Positions 50,204 to 60,438 of a DNA stretch of 64,000 bases are shown piece after piece. The notes under the pieces are model-generated. The model searched no databases and was not told where the DNA came from. It saw only the letters and a list, made by a program, of their open reading frames with translations. Position numbers and translations under genes: made by a program. Source of the DNA: Amphiscolops sp. MND2022 (Eukaryota); assembly GCA_964187785.1 (NCBI GenBank), contig OZ076409.1, forward strand, positions 78,618,001 through 78,682,000, read 5' to 3'. Positions within the stretch are counted from its first letter, which is position 1. Every line of letters begins with the position of its first letter.

Positions 50204-53158
50204 TCATTTCATTTGACTTAGCTCCCATCGACATCCAAAGAATATGTTCCCAGAATAAGTCGAGAACATCTCCAGCCAGTTTCCCAATATCTGCTTTGCT
50301 TCGCAATTCATCATCAAAATTGACTGACCTCGGGGGAGATATGTCAAACTGATTTCATTCTCTAATATTTCCATAATCTTGATCTGGATCTGCCGTTCTT
50401 GAAATGTACTTGAATCAACAATTATCATAATCAGTAGATAAAGAGAATTTCCAACATTACGACAGTTGAAGTTCTCCCGTTTGTTTTCGGTGTTCTTTGT
50501 GCAACTAAAGAAAAATTTGCGTTCGGAACTCAGTTGCTGCGCTTCATTTTGCTTCTTCCCTTCTGACACGTCGTATTCCGTGTCTACATCCATGTTTTCT
50601 TCCAATAACTGCAATGCTTTGGAGTTTCGCTTTCGCTTGTGTTTGTAGAACGTCACCCAGCTTCTCTCACCACAAAACTCCAACTTCTTAGCGTCTGGGT
50701 TTCTACGAGGCTCCACTAGATCATAGGAAACTTCCAATTTTCCAAAAGTCCCATTCTGAGTCCACATTGTCTTGAATGGTGCAGCCGGCCTTTTGCAAGA
50801 CCCACCGCTCCAACTTTCTGTTGTTGGTACTTCCAATGAACACATTTGCGTTCTTGTCACTGATGATTTGTCTATCAGATCAAACCAAACTGTGTCCTTT
50901 TGTATTCCATTCTCGTTCAACTGAGTTCCTTCCGTCATTCCATGAATCAGGTTTGAGAGGGGTTCAATTTTCCAAGCTCTTTTCTTCGGTCGCTTGCGGT
51001 GACCTTTGCTCAATTGAGTTTCAACAATCCCGTTAGCCTGTGCCACCGCATCCATCCCAGAGTTCCCATTTCCAATCCAAAGGTTCCAAACATTATTCTT
51101 ACTCGGGATAGTATCTTCAACAAAGCTTACTTTGAAGTCAAAATGAAATTTCTTTCCAAACGATGTATTCATGGCTTGTGTTTCACCTTCATTGCCTTTC
51201 ACGGGTTTGTCATGTTTCATTGCAACGTGGCATAGCTGTTGACACATGACTTCTTCATTCAAACTTTTTTGCAGTGCAAATTGCTGCTCATTCACAAATC
51301 CATAACTTTTGACAAAATCAAAGCATTTTTTGTTTCCTTCTTCAAGAAGTAGGGTACTGTCATGAAACATCGTCACTTCGAATAATTTCCCTTGTTGTAC
51401 GTCATGTTGTACAGTGATAACTTCTGCACTCTCTAGCAGCAGTTCCAATTGCACACTCAATTCTTTTGAAGATTGTTTGCCTAATGAGAATGTTAAGCTT
51501 CTATGCTCTTTCCTTGTTTCCGTCATTGTGTACTTCAAGTTCTGCTCCCTTAGCACTATGGAATGATCACTAATGACCAAGTGAATCTCTTCTTCCACAA
51601 CGTGTTTGGTATCCACGAGGAGAGTTTCTGAACGGAAGTCTTGCCGACCATTGTCTACAATGATTGTTTCTGACCAGTTTTGTATGCTTTCCGCTTTGGG
51701 GAGCTTCGAGATTCCTTTGTTTCCAACGTTCACTTCTGGTTGTGATGTTGCTCCTTTCACGTATGCTCCTTTATCAGCTTTTGTTCTATTTCCCCAATCA
51801 ACTCGCTCATCGGCTTTTGTGAGAGATTTTGAGTCCCTCATAGGTGCGGAGAACTTTCCTTCGTGAGCTAATTTCACTGCATTCTCTAATTTCGAGTGTG
51901 CTGATACTGCAATATTGGACTTAGTCCCATTCTCGGCTGTTTCTGTTTTGTCTGTCCATCTTGAGTCTTCTGTGAAACTCTCGACTGATGCAATACTTTG
52001 GAAGCTAGTCCCCTGGCTGCACGTCGCTTCCGCTATTTGTCTTTCTTTTTCAGCTATTCTAGCTTTGCGGGCAAGCTCTTCATGCAAGTCTGCTATTTCT
52101 CTTTCAATTGCTTCGCGCTTCAGTTTCTTCAGTCGAGTTTGTAGTTCTTCTTGCTCCTTCTGAGCTTTTGCTTTCGAATAAAATACTCGTCTAGCACTTG
52201 AAGTTTTCGAAATCACTGAGCTTCTGTTGCTTCTTATTTCAGCCAGTTGTGGATGTTTGCCCAGTTCCTCTATTTGTAATGATTCAAGCTCACTTCTTTG
52301 GACTGGGAATTCATCCGACTTCTGATCCTCCGCTTTCATCATTGTTTGGAGAACCGAACGCTCTTCATTAGACTCCTTCGAGCTAACTGTTGCTCTGTTG
52401 TCCATCTGGATTTGTCGATCTGTTTTGTCAGACACCTTAACCTTTTCTTCGGGTAGTGATGTCTCATCGTTGACTGGGTTTTCCATTTCAGATACGCTGT
52501 CTCCCTTGACACAGCAAGGTTCTTGTTCATTGGTCCTTCTTGACCGCGTCAGTGATTCCTTTTCACTAGCAGTTTTCTTTAAACAGCTTTGTTTTGCCTG
52601 ATGGACACGACTTTGCCTCAATTTTCTTGTTCGAGGGCATCTCATAGCAGCGTCTGTAGACGTTCTATTTGCCACCTGGCTCTGTTTCAACGCGGTTGTC
52701 CCGTCAATTGGACACTTTAAGATTTGCTTCACATCGGGGAACCAGTATCCCCAACTCAATTCCATTTTCACAAAGCATTCTTCCCATTCAGTCACACTTC
52801 GACTTAGCTGTCTTTGCGTTTCTTCATTTGTAAGACCCAACATAAAGTCTACACAAAACAGTAACGCTTGTCTTCTGTCGCGGTATTCAATTACCCAATC
52901 AATCAAGTTGCTTCTGGATACAACAGCTTCTTTCTCATCGAGCTTGTCATCCAAGTCTTTTACTAACGTATGGAGCTTTTCCACATGTAGGGGTACAATA
53001 TTCCAATAGAGGCTCCACGCGTACCAATCTGACGCATTCATCAAATCTTTTGGTGTGAGTTCCATCAGTGTTTGACTCTGCTTTGTGTTTCTTTCTTCAA
53101 ACACTTTTGTCATTCGAGGGTGCTTCATCATTTGACTTTCCTTCTTTCTGGCATTCAT
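50204..53158 (-). CDS. 984-aa ORF of element C; Gag-like coiled-coil region but no recognisable RT/RH/IN catalytic motifs
   Basis: Uninterrupted 2955-nt ORF; the SVISKTSSARR..KAKAQKEQEELQ..coiled-coil segment resembles a BEL Gag N-terminus. Confidence 0.6.
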   Translation of the reverse strand: MNARKKESQMMKHPRMTKVFEERNTKQSQTLMELTPKDLMNASDWYAWSLYWNIVPLHVEKLHTLVKDLDDKLDEKEAVVSRSNLIDWVIEYRDRRQALLFCVDFMLGLTNEETQRQLSRSVTEWEECFVKMELSWGYWFPDVKQILKCPIDGTTALKQSQVANRTSTDAAMRCPRTRKLRQSRVHQAKQSCLKKTASEKESLTRSRRTNEQEPCCVKGDSVSEMENPVNDETSLPEEKVKVSDKTDRQIQMDNRATVSSKESNEERSVLQTMMKAEDQKSDEFPVQRSELESLQIEELGKHPQLAEIRSNRSSVISKTSSARRVFYSKAKAQKEQEELQTRLKKLKREAIEREIADLHEELARKARIAEKERQIAEATCSQGTSFQSIASVESFTEDSRWTDKTETAENGTKSNIAVSAHSKLENAVKLAHEGKFSAPMRDSKSLTKADERVDWGNRTKADKGAYVKGATSQPEVNVGNKGISKLPKAESIQNWSETIIVDNGRQDFRSETLLVDTKHVVEEEIHLVISDHSIVLREQNLKYTMTETRKEHRSLTFSLGKQSSKELSVQLELLLESAEVITVQHDVQQGKLFEVTMFHDSTLLLEEGNKKCFDFVKSYGFVNEQQFALQKSLNEEVMCQQLCHVAMKHDKPVKGNEGETQAMNTSFGKKFHFDFKVSFVEDTIPSKNNVWNLWIGNGNSGMDAVAQANGIVETQLSKGHRKRPKKRAWKIEPLSNLIHGMTEGTQLNENGIQKDTVWFDLIDKSSVTRTQMCSLEVPTTESWSGGSCKRPAAPFKTMWTQNGTFGKLEVSYDLVEPRRNPDAKKLEFCGERSWVTFYKHKRKRNSKALQLLEENMDVDTEYDVSEGKKQNEAQQLSSERKFFFSCTKNTENKRENFNCRNVGNSLYLLIMIIVDSSTFQERQIQIKIMEILENEISLTYLPRGQSILMMNCEAKQILGNWLEMFSTYSGNIFFGCRWELSQMK

Positions 53159-53529
53159 TTGTTCAGATGACTCTTTTGTTTCACTGGGGGCTTTCGATCT
53201 TCACAATTTTTTCTTGTACTCTTTGTCACTTTTCCCAACTCTGCAATTTCTCAGATACAAAGCGTCAACTGCTCAATCCGGTAATCAATCGTCAATTCTT
53301 GAAGAATCAACACAATACTGTCGATTATACTTGCCTTCTTTGACAAACTTGATTGTCTCGGTGGATCTTGTCCCTCTGACTTGATCCCTTTTCTTTACTT
53401 GGTGGATTTACTTGCAATGACGTCTCAGACCAAGTCTTTGCTTCAATCAGGAGCACGTGTCCAAAGAATACAATTCGTCTCAAAACTAGAATAGATGCAC
53501 AAATACTTTCAGAGTGTCGCTAAGCCCAA

Positions 53530-53853
53530 CTCCCAGAGTACACAATAGTCCCAACTCCAGAGTCACTATAGCCCAAACACCCAGAGTCACAATAGCCCAA
53601 GCTCCCAGAGTCACAATAGCCCAAGCTCCCAGAGTCACAATTGCACAAGCTCCCAGAGTCACAATTGTCAGCACTCCCAGAGTCACAATAGCACAATCGC
53701 CCATACACACATTGGCACAATCGCCTGATACACAGCTGCACAATCGCCAAATACACAGTGGCACAATCGCCCAATTACACAGTGGCACAATCGCCTGATT
53801 ACACAGTGGCACAATCGCCTGATACACAGTGGCACAATCGCCTGATACACAGT
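53530..53853. repeat. Two adjoining 23-24 bp tandem arrays in the 5' leader of element C
   Basis: (cccagagtcacaatagcccaagct)n grading into (tacacagtggcacaatcgcctga[t])n. Confidence 0.9.
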
Positions 53854-53944
53854 GGTCCAAGCTCTCAGAGCTAGACACTTGCTCTTCTAGGGCAATCTTC
53901 TTCAGTTGTCCACCAACGAGTCGTCTTCGTCCTCGTCTTCTTCT

Positions 53945-54059
53945 TGTCCGGGTCGTCCACCAACGAGTTGTCCGGGTCGTCCACCAACGAGTTGTCCGGG
54001 TCGTCCACCAACGAGTTGTCCGGGTCGGCCACCAACGAGTTGTCCGGGTCGGCGGACCA
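53945..54059 (-). repeat. PBS of element C (54043-54059) and four tandem 24-bp PBS-derived copies
   Basis: Unit tggtgg(a/c)cgacccggacaactcgt repeated; the first unit is the PBS, 2 nt from the LTR. Confidence 0.85.
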
Positions 54060-54061
54060 AA

Positions 54062-54980
54062 TGTAACGGCTGCTTGCCCTTATCCTGCGCTGAGGCTTGA
54101 CAAGCTTTACGCCGCCCTGATCCGTTGCTTAGTGCTGTGGACCGTCACTAAACAATTCCTGGTTTCTTATTTTAAAGGACTGTATCTTTTGACTGGTGGG
54201 TCCGATGTGACCCGTGGAATCTCCTGCGATTCCTCTGTTCACTGAATTGGATCCGATGTGATCCTGCACACACTTCCCTCACTGTATCTTCACGCGCTCC
54301 GGCTCTCCAACTATGAGAGTAGCTACTTAGTCGCTCTAACTCTAGCGAAAAGTTGTGAAGATTGAGAAGTTGATTATTAAGTCTTGCGGTCCTGAGACCC
54401 AACTTGACTATAGCTATTCAGTGGAGAAAATCTCTATCTAATAATAGTATACATATCGTTTACAATTCTACAGTAAATATAAGCAAATATCAGTTAAAAT
54501 ATGTTGTATAAATAAATGACATTTAAGTGAATTATTAAAGTTATTGGCTATGTAAACAAAGCACATGGTGGTTTTGGCATGTTGGTTAGGTGGGTTAGAA
54601 AGTATGTTTACACTATGTAAACATTATCAATTCAACAGAGTTACATTCTAATGTGGTCATATAGGTAAATAACAAAGTTTACATTTTTGGTTCAATGACC
54701 TTGAATACTACACATGTGAGGGGTAAAGGAGGTTATAATGGGGGAATGAACTTGAAACTTAGCCGGTGTGTTCGTGTTAGGTATCTGCGTATGTGTGCCA
54801 AGTTTCAAGTCTCTACGGTTATTAGTTGCAGAGAAAACCCTGACTGGGGGGGTTTTTCGATTTTGTGACGATTGACTTCTCTTCAAATTTTCATCTAAGT
54901 TTTTAGGAGTTTAAGTTCTCGTATCTCAACCAACATGTTCTGAATCGAGTTTCTCTGCCTTCTGATGACTGGCGCCAACA
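54062..54980 (-). repeat. 5' LTR of element C
   Basis: Direct repeat of 48912-49830; followed on the minus strand by the PBS. Confidence 0.95.
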
Positions 54981-57246
54981 GGCACTGTCGCTCTCCTCAT
55001 AATAAGATGACTCCCCAGTGCCCTCTGAAGATGAGTCAAGTTGGCGTGTAGTAGTTGCTGTTCCTTCTCCTTCGGATTCCGTCCCACTTGAATCGCTAGA
55101 AACTCTGCGCATGGGGGTCTGACAACGACCCTTGGAAAGGAAATGAGCGGTGCGGGAAGGGACGACGGTGGGAGAACCCCGAACAGCGTCAATAACCATT
55201 CGCTCCATGGTAGAAAATGACCGGTTGAGCGTCTCATCAGTCAAAACCCTGAGAAGGTGGTATATTTGAGGCTCAGTGAAGGCAACGGTGGAATGCCCCA
55301 CAGGAAGACGGACGGGGGCGGCTTCATCAAAATACTCCTTCAAAATTGCCCTACTTCGCCCGGAGAGGTCTGGAGGCCTACTTTGGGTAGGTTGTGCTCG
55401 GGGTGCAAGGTCCTTGCTTGTTCCAGGAATCAGCATCTCGGAACTTGTATCATCTCCGCCTTCAGTTCCCGACTCAGGGTGAAAGGGGTTAAAGCCATAC
55501 AAGGCAACAGGATTCACTTGGCTGACTTCATCGGCAGTTTTCTCCTCATCACTCTGTCCCCCTAGGAAGTGGACATGAGGTGCCATTCCAGGCAGAGCGG
55601 GCACGTCACAGATTGATGAAGCATTCTCATCGTCCGTTCTGGAAGGAGCCCCGCTAATGTTGGCCATCTCAGGGTCAGTTCTGTCCCGCAACTCTGGTAG
55701 CTGAGACTCAGATGTCACGATAATTTGGAGTGCCGACTCTAAGGCTGACAAATCAGCTTGACAGGGCTCTTCATCTTCCTCGGACATGATGGGGGTACTT
55801 GACCTCCGGACCGCGGGGTCATCGGATGTTGCCGGAGTAGCTTCAACGGTTGGAGGAATTTCGGCGTTCGTACCAGAGGGCGAACCGCCCACTTGTTGTG
55901 GGGCAGATTCTTGGTGTCGTTCCATCTTCTGGACCATAGCTTCGGCATATGCAGTGACGTCAGTGCTGCTGCCCTGACTGTTGATGGGACTGTCTTTCTC
56001 AATAGTTGCTGGAGACAGGCCAGCATTGTCTACTTGAGGCCTTGCAGGATCAGAAGATGAACCTTCTGGATTGGCATGGACACTGGCTTAGGGACGTGGT
56101 TGGCTCGAGAGCATTCTTTTTCGGAAGATTTTCTAAACGAAAGGGAATGAAATTTAGCGGTGTACTTCCTTGATATGAATCCATTTTACCGCGATTAGAA
56201 ACCTTCCGGAAGTGTCTGACAAATTCCAATGAAACGTGTTATCACGTGTTTAGTGATGGAAACAGGAAGTGTATTTTGAACAAATTTGACCCTGATCAAG
56301 TTAAATGAGTTCTAAAATGAAAATCCAAACCAACCTGAGTCAGAAGACATGTCGCTGGGGGTCTGATCTGCTAAACGCTGGTCCAAGCGGGAACGATTGC
56401 TGGAAACTGGGGAAATGGTCGGGTATGGCAAGAAAGGAAGAGATTACTCCGACGAAGAAAGAAATACAGCTAAGACGGGGATAAGAATGGGGTAAATGTT
56501 GACGAAGCAAATCCAAAGTGGAAGGAACAAATGAAATATAAATAGAATTGAAATGGAATTAAAATTGGGTTAAGAATTGAAGAAATTGGAAAGTTGGAGT
56601 TCGTGGCTGAAGATTATTACCAGACTAATATTATGGATTATCTACACATTTATTCTGTACATGGAGTCTGCCAGCGAAGTGTACAAAGAACTTTGTTATT
56701 TACAGCTTATTTAGTTAAAAGCCAGTTATGGCCGTTTGCCCTGTTTTGTTTTGTCGTTTCGTCCAGTTGCCCTAGTTACCCTTAGTTAGAATTTTCGCCA
56801 TCTTGGATTATTCAGATTTATTATTTTCGCCATTTTTATTATTTAATTCTACAATTTATCGAAGCTTAACGCTGATTGGATGAAGCCATTACGAGAAATT
56901 TTGGTGACGCGTGCCGCTAATTGCTTACAAGCGGCCCGTTAATTACCCACTTGAGACGGGTGTAGTTGATATTCATAAGTCGAGCGTCATTCACACCTCT
57001 TCTAGTGATGACACTGATGAGGAGTAAACATCAGGTTATCAAAGGGAGCCGACTTATCAAGGATTTCCATTCAGAAAAGTTTACGACGGATCGGGACGAT
57101 TAACCTAAGGTTCTCCCGCCGAACTGGAAAGTTCGGGAAAAGGCCTGATTCGGCTAAATTCTTAAAACTGTCAAATTCATTCTACTGCAAACTTCTCTTC
57201 AATACAGTCACTACGAATAGCTTCAAAAATAGCAAAAAAGATAATC

Positions 57247-58032
57247 ATGAGCAAATACAACTTAGCTAGAAAATTGTTCGAGCTGGAGGCATACGACTCA
57301 GATGATTCTGAAAGATCAGCAATATACATTTCCAGCAGTGAGGAAGAGTCATCAGACTGGGAAACCGACTGCTCCACAGACACGGAGCAACTTATTGCAA
57401 GAATCGAAAGGGAAGTCACCTCCAGCCTCATGCTAATTGGGGGTCGCATAATGACTATGGAGGAACCTTCAGGAGACGAACCAGAAGCTGGCCCCAGTTC
57501 TTCCCAGATGCGAACAGATGTGACTCCGAAACTTGACCACAGGTACTTTGACCAGGAGATGTGTTATGCTCCCCCAAAGAAGTTGCGAAAGTCAAGGATA
57601 GAGGTTTGCAAGACTCTATTGCCAGTGCCAGAGTCACCCATGTCACCGCCCGACCATGAGAGAGGGCCAAGTTTGGACTCCCCCCTGATGCAGCCTACAA
57701 TGGGTGGTTTTCACGCGTCGTTCCACGTACAGAACACAAGGCCGTACGAGGACGTGAGCAACAAACTGTATTCTGGCTGTATGGTGTGTGGCAGATCCTC
57801 AGAAGCAATAAAGAAAGAGAAAGTAGAATGGTATGTTGCAAGGTCCAAGCCACGAGGAGAGCCTGAGTACATCACGAAAATCAGAAGAGAAGCATATGAG
57901 AACGGTCTCAACGCCGGGGCATTCCTCTTCATAACACCCGCAGTGTCGCAGGCTGCCGCCTATGACGGCACATTAATAACGACGTCAGCGGAAAACCAAG
58001 AATTTGTCCCAGGTACCCTACCCACGTTTTAA
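57247..58032 (+). CDS. 261-aa accessory ORF of element B (acidic N-terminus, CxxC motif) ending inside the 3' LTR
   Basis: Intact ATG-TAA ORF; the last ~29 codons lie in the LTR and have a protein-level homologue at the start of LTR A. Confidence 0.75.
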   Translation: MSKYNLARKLFELEAYDSDDSERSAIYISSSEEESSDWETDCSTDTEQLIARIEREVTSSLMLIGGRIMTMEEPSGDEPEAGPSSSQMRTDVTPKLDHRYFDQEMCYAPPKKLRKSRIEVCKTLLPVPESPMSPPDHERGPSLDSPLMQPTMGGFHASFHVQNTRPYEDVSNKLYSGCMVCGRSSEAIKKEKVEWYVARSKPRGEPEYITKIRREAYENGLNAGAFLFITPAVSQAAAYDGTLITTSAENQEFVPGTLPTF

Positions 58033-59691
58033 ATTTTCCCTTACTGAAACCTATTTTACTAGTTAATCACATTCGTTTTGTTTATTCAAGTGCATTTTTA
58101 TAATTGTTCGTGATATTAGTCTGTTAAAATTACGATTTGGAACTATCCAAATCAGGTTGTGTTTTGAGATTTGTAAAAGGAAGTTTGGTGTGTTGCAAAT
58201 AGAGTGTTGAAATTAATCGAAGCGGTTACGTACAATAAGCAGGTTAATCGCGAGAAGGAAACGTGTTCAAGTAAGAAAACGTCCCTTCTCGGCGATGTAA
58301 CTTTCAGTACGATTATTAGCCAATCAGAGCTTTCCTTTTGCTAATTATGAGTGCTTTACTTATGATGGCCGGATATGGCTAATTGACTAAGCGGTGCTAA
58401 TTTATATCAGTCCCCCAGTCAAATGGACGGCTTCGGCCAGTTCGAGCATAATGATACCTTTGTTGCCTAATTGGATCAATACTTACGCGGAGTTATTAAA
58501 ATCATGTTTTAGTTTAAATAAATACGTTTGTGATGTTTTGGTGTTTGTATACTTTTAACTTGGATAAAGGGACACTTAAGGCCTTTTACCATGTCTTTCA
58601 TATGCGCAGTACATGTTATGGATTTGGGCCTATTCCGGCCCTGATATGCGAGTGTATTTTCGTGAATATCGATGCAGTATTAGAATTCCACACATAGTAA
58701 TGCATTTCGTTTTCAGCTTAATTTGCAGTAAACTTGTGCCGGCACGTGCCTTCATTTTACATTGCCATAAAATATGCAGGCTGTGGTATTTGTTTACATC
58801 ACACCTGAAGTAGGCCTAACTGATAAATTGTTTGAAGTTGCTACTTAAAATGATGACTCTGAATACCATTCCTCAAATGTCCCCCGGAAATATGTAGTTG
58901 TCGGGGATTTTCCTATGATGATTGTAAAATCCTATGATTTGTCTTGATCAAAGTATGTAAAAAATGTGTGTGTCATCCTTCAGGGGTATAAATACCCATA
59001 TCCCTGCAGGAGGACTCATACTTTGTACTTCTCTCCATTTGATAAAGACGTCCATAATACAAACGGTTTCACTGTTAATTTTCCGGAATTGACAATTCAA
59101 GTCTTCAACCCGGTTCAGTCTTAATGCCTACCACAAGAAAGCAAAAGAAAGCAAGGAAATCTAGAGGATTAGAAATTCTCTCTGACATTGAAAACCTTGA
59201 CATAATGTTAGGTGAAAATTACTTCAATGATACGAGGAGAGACGAAAGTCTCGATGGAACTTCCATTAGAAGGCAAAAAAGTATCATAAGTAATAACTTG
59301 GAAAATGAGGAAATGGATCTCCATTCTGACCATAGAAATCTTGGGGTTGGGACTAGTACCGGGCACGACCGAAATTCAGCAAGTATAGATTCTCAAGCTG
59401 AGATCAATAAGTTGTCAAGTGAATTGAACTCTAGAATATCTAGAGAAATGGATGTAATGATGGACAGTGTTAGTTCTCAGATTCAGAGAGCCATAAGTGA
59501 CGCCATAAATAATCAGGTTTTGCCCCAGATTCAAAACGTCATTATGGCCGGTTCAGGACAGGAGACTAGAAGGGGATGGGAGAGATCTGGCGAGAGACCG
59601 GAAAGTTATTCCGAAGTTCAGTGCAACGCGAAAACTAGAACTACCCTCAATAATGAACACGGTGATAAAACAAACCGTAACGTTCATGACA
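57944..59691 (+). repeat. 3' LTR of element B (1748 bp), including a copy of the gag N-terminus (59124-59691)
   Basis: Direct repeat of the 5' LTR; followed by TSD CTGTT. Confidence 0.95.
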
Positions 59692-60438
59692 CTGTTCACT
59701 CCGTCGATAGTTAAGATGGGCGCTTCCCAAGCAGGCGGCCGTCGGTTTGATGTCTGGCGAGGACTAAATATCTTTGTTTGCGAACCTTGAGATGGCGAAG
59801 GGTCCCCCTTAGTGTTTCTTGGCAATGGCCGACTTTTTTTTACAAGAAATCTTCTTTCATCAGTCTGGATATTTTTTTGATATTTTCGATGAGAGTAGGG
59901 CGTTTTCGAGGCGGCAGGTAGTCCCTTCGAATATTTTTTACCACCCTGAATATTAAAAAATTTTTTCAAAAGCCACTCTGAGCATTTCTATGACACTTTG
60001 CACTTTTTGAGCTTTAAGACCTTTAGACCGTCCCATCTTGTGAATCATAAACTGCTTTTTATTAACGTCGATACTAGGTTATCAGTGTACAACATGTTCT
60101 AAAGAAAAGTTTCCACTAATAATAAATTCAAATGTTTGAAAAAATTTATACGAAAAAGTTGAGTCTACATTCAATAATGATTTCTTTTTAAACTGTTCGG
60201 AAGTGGCAAAAAGAAAACTTGCATCAAAGCAAATTAAACTGAAATCGGCTGGCATCTGAATAGTTTGTATTCAAATTTCTGATTTCCTCGTTCGTCGCAA
60301 TTTTTCTGAATACAGTACGGATGATATGATCCGACAACATCAATCTTAGAGGTCACTTTCAACATGTGGAATATGCACATGTTATCAATCTTGTTAGTAA
60401 AATTTCAACAGCAGAATTTTCAGTTGCTCCTGGACTTT

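Larger units (their letters stand above)
48912..54980 (-). mobile_element. BEL/Pao-like non-autonomous LTR retrotransposon C nested in B
   Basis: 919-bp LTRs with only one difference seen; TSD GGCAC; PBS TGGTCCGCCGACCCGGA (tRNA-Tyr-like, typical of BEL); 3' end LKRPVVKLAP...AGGGCCGGCAA|TGTT typical of the BEL integrase tail/PPT. Confidence 0.88.
45873..56114 (-). pseudogene. Antisense spliced gene inside element B encoding a ~1260-aa BED-finger/hAT-transposase-derived protein. Exons 56114-54981 joined to 48906-48122, then 48048-47563, 47446-47312, 47187-47106 and 47035-45873. Disrupted by element C, one frameshift (~48470) and an early stop (~56090).
   Basis: WCHICKKNFSI..GPYEILRHHRTQRH zinc finger; four GT-AG introns (73, 116, 124 and 70 bp) whose removal joins all ORF pieces in frame; the reading frame is continuous across the excised element C (EESDSA|TEMDL). 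Confidence 0.75.
37552..59691 (+). mobile_element. Ty3/Gypsy LTR retrotransposon B (~16 kb excluding nested element C) with long LTRs, an antisense intron-containing gene and a 3' ORF
   Basis: LTRs 37552-39297 and 57944-59691 (TGTC...GACA, roughly 1% divergent), perfect 5-bp TSD CTGTT, PBS, gag-pol. Confidence 0.96.

Noticed and set aside
53486..54245. Repetitive ORFs (VTIAQAPR, VVRVVHQR, PPTSCPGR)
   Set aside because: By-products of 24-bp tandem repeats that are open in several frames
59124..59714. Second, truncated retrotransposon copy
   Set aside because: It lies entirely within the 3' LTR of B and ends at the TSD; it is the LTR-borne gag N-terminus
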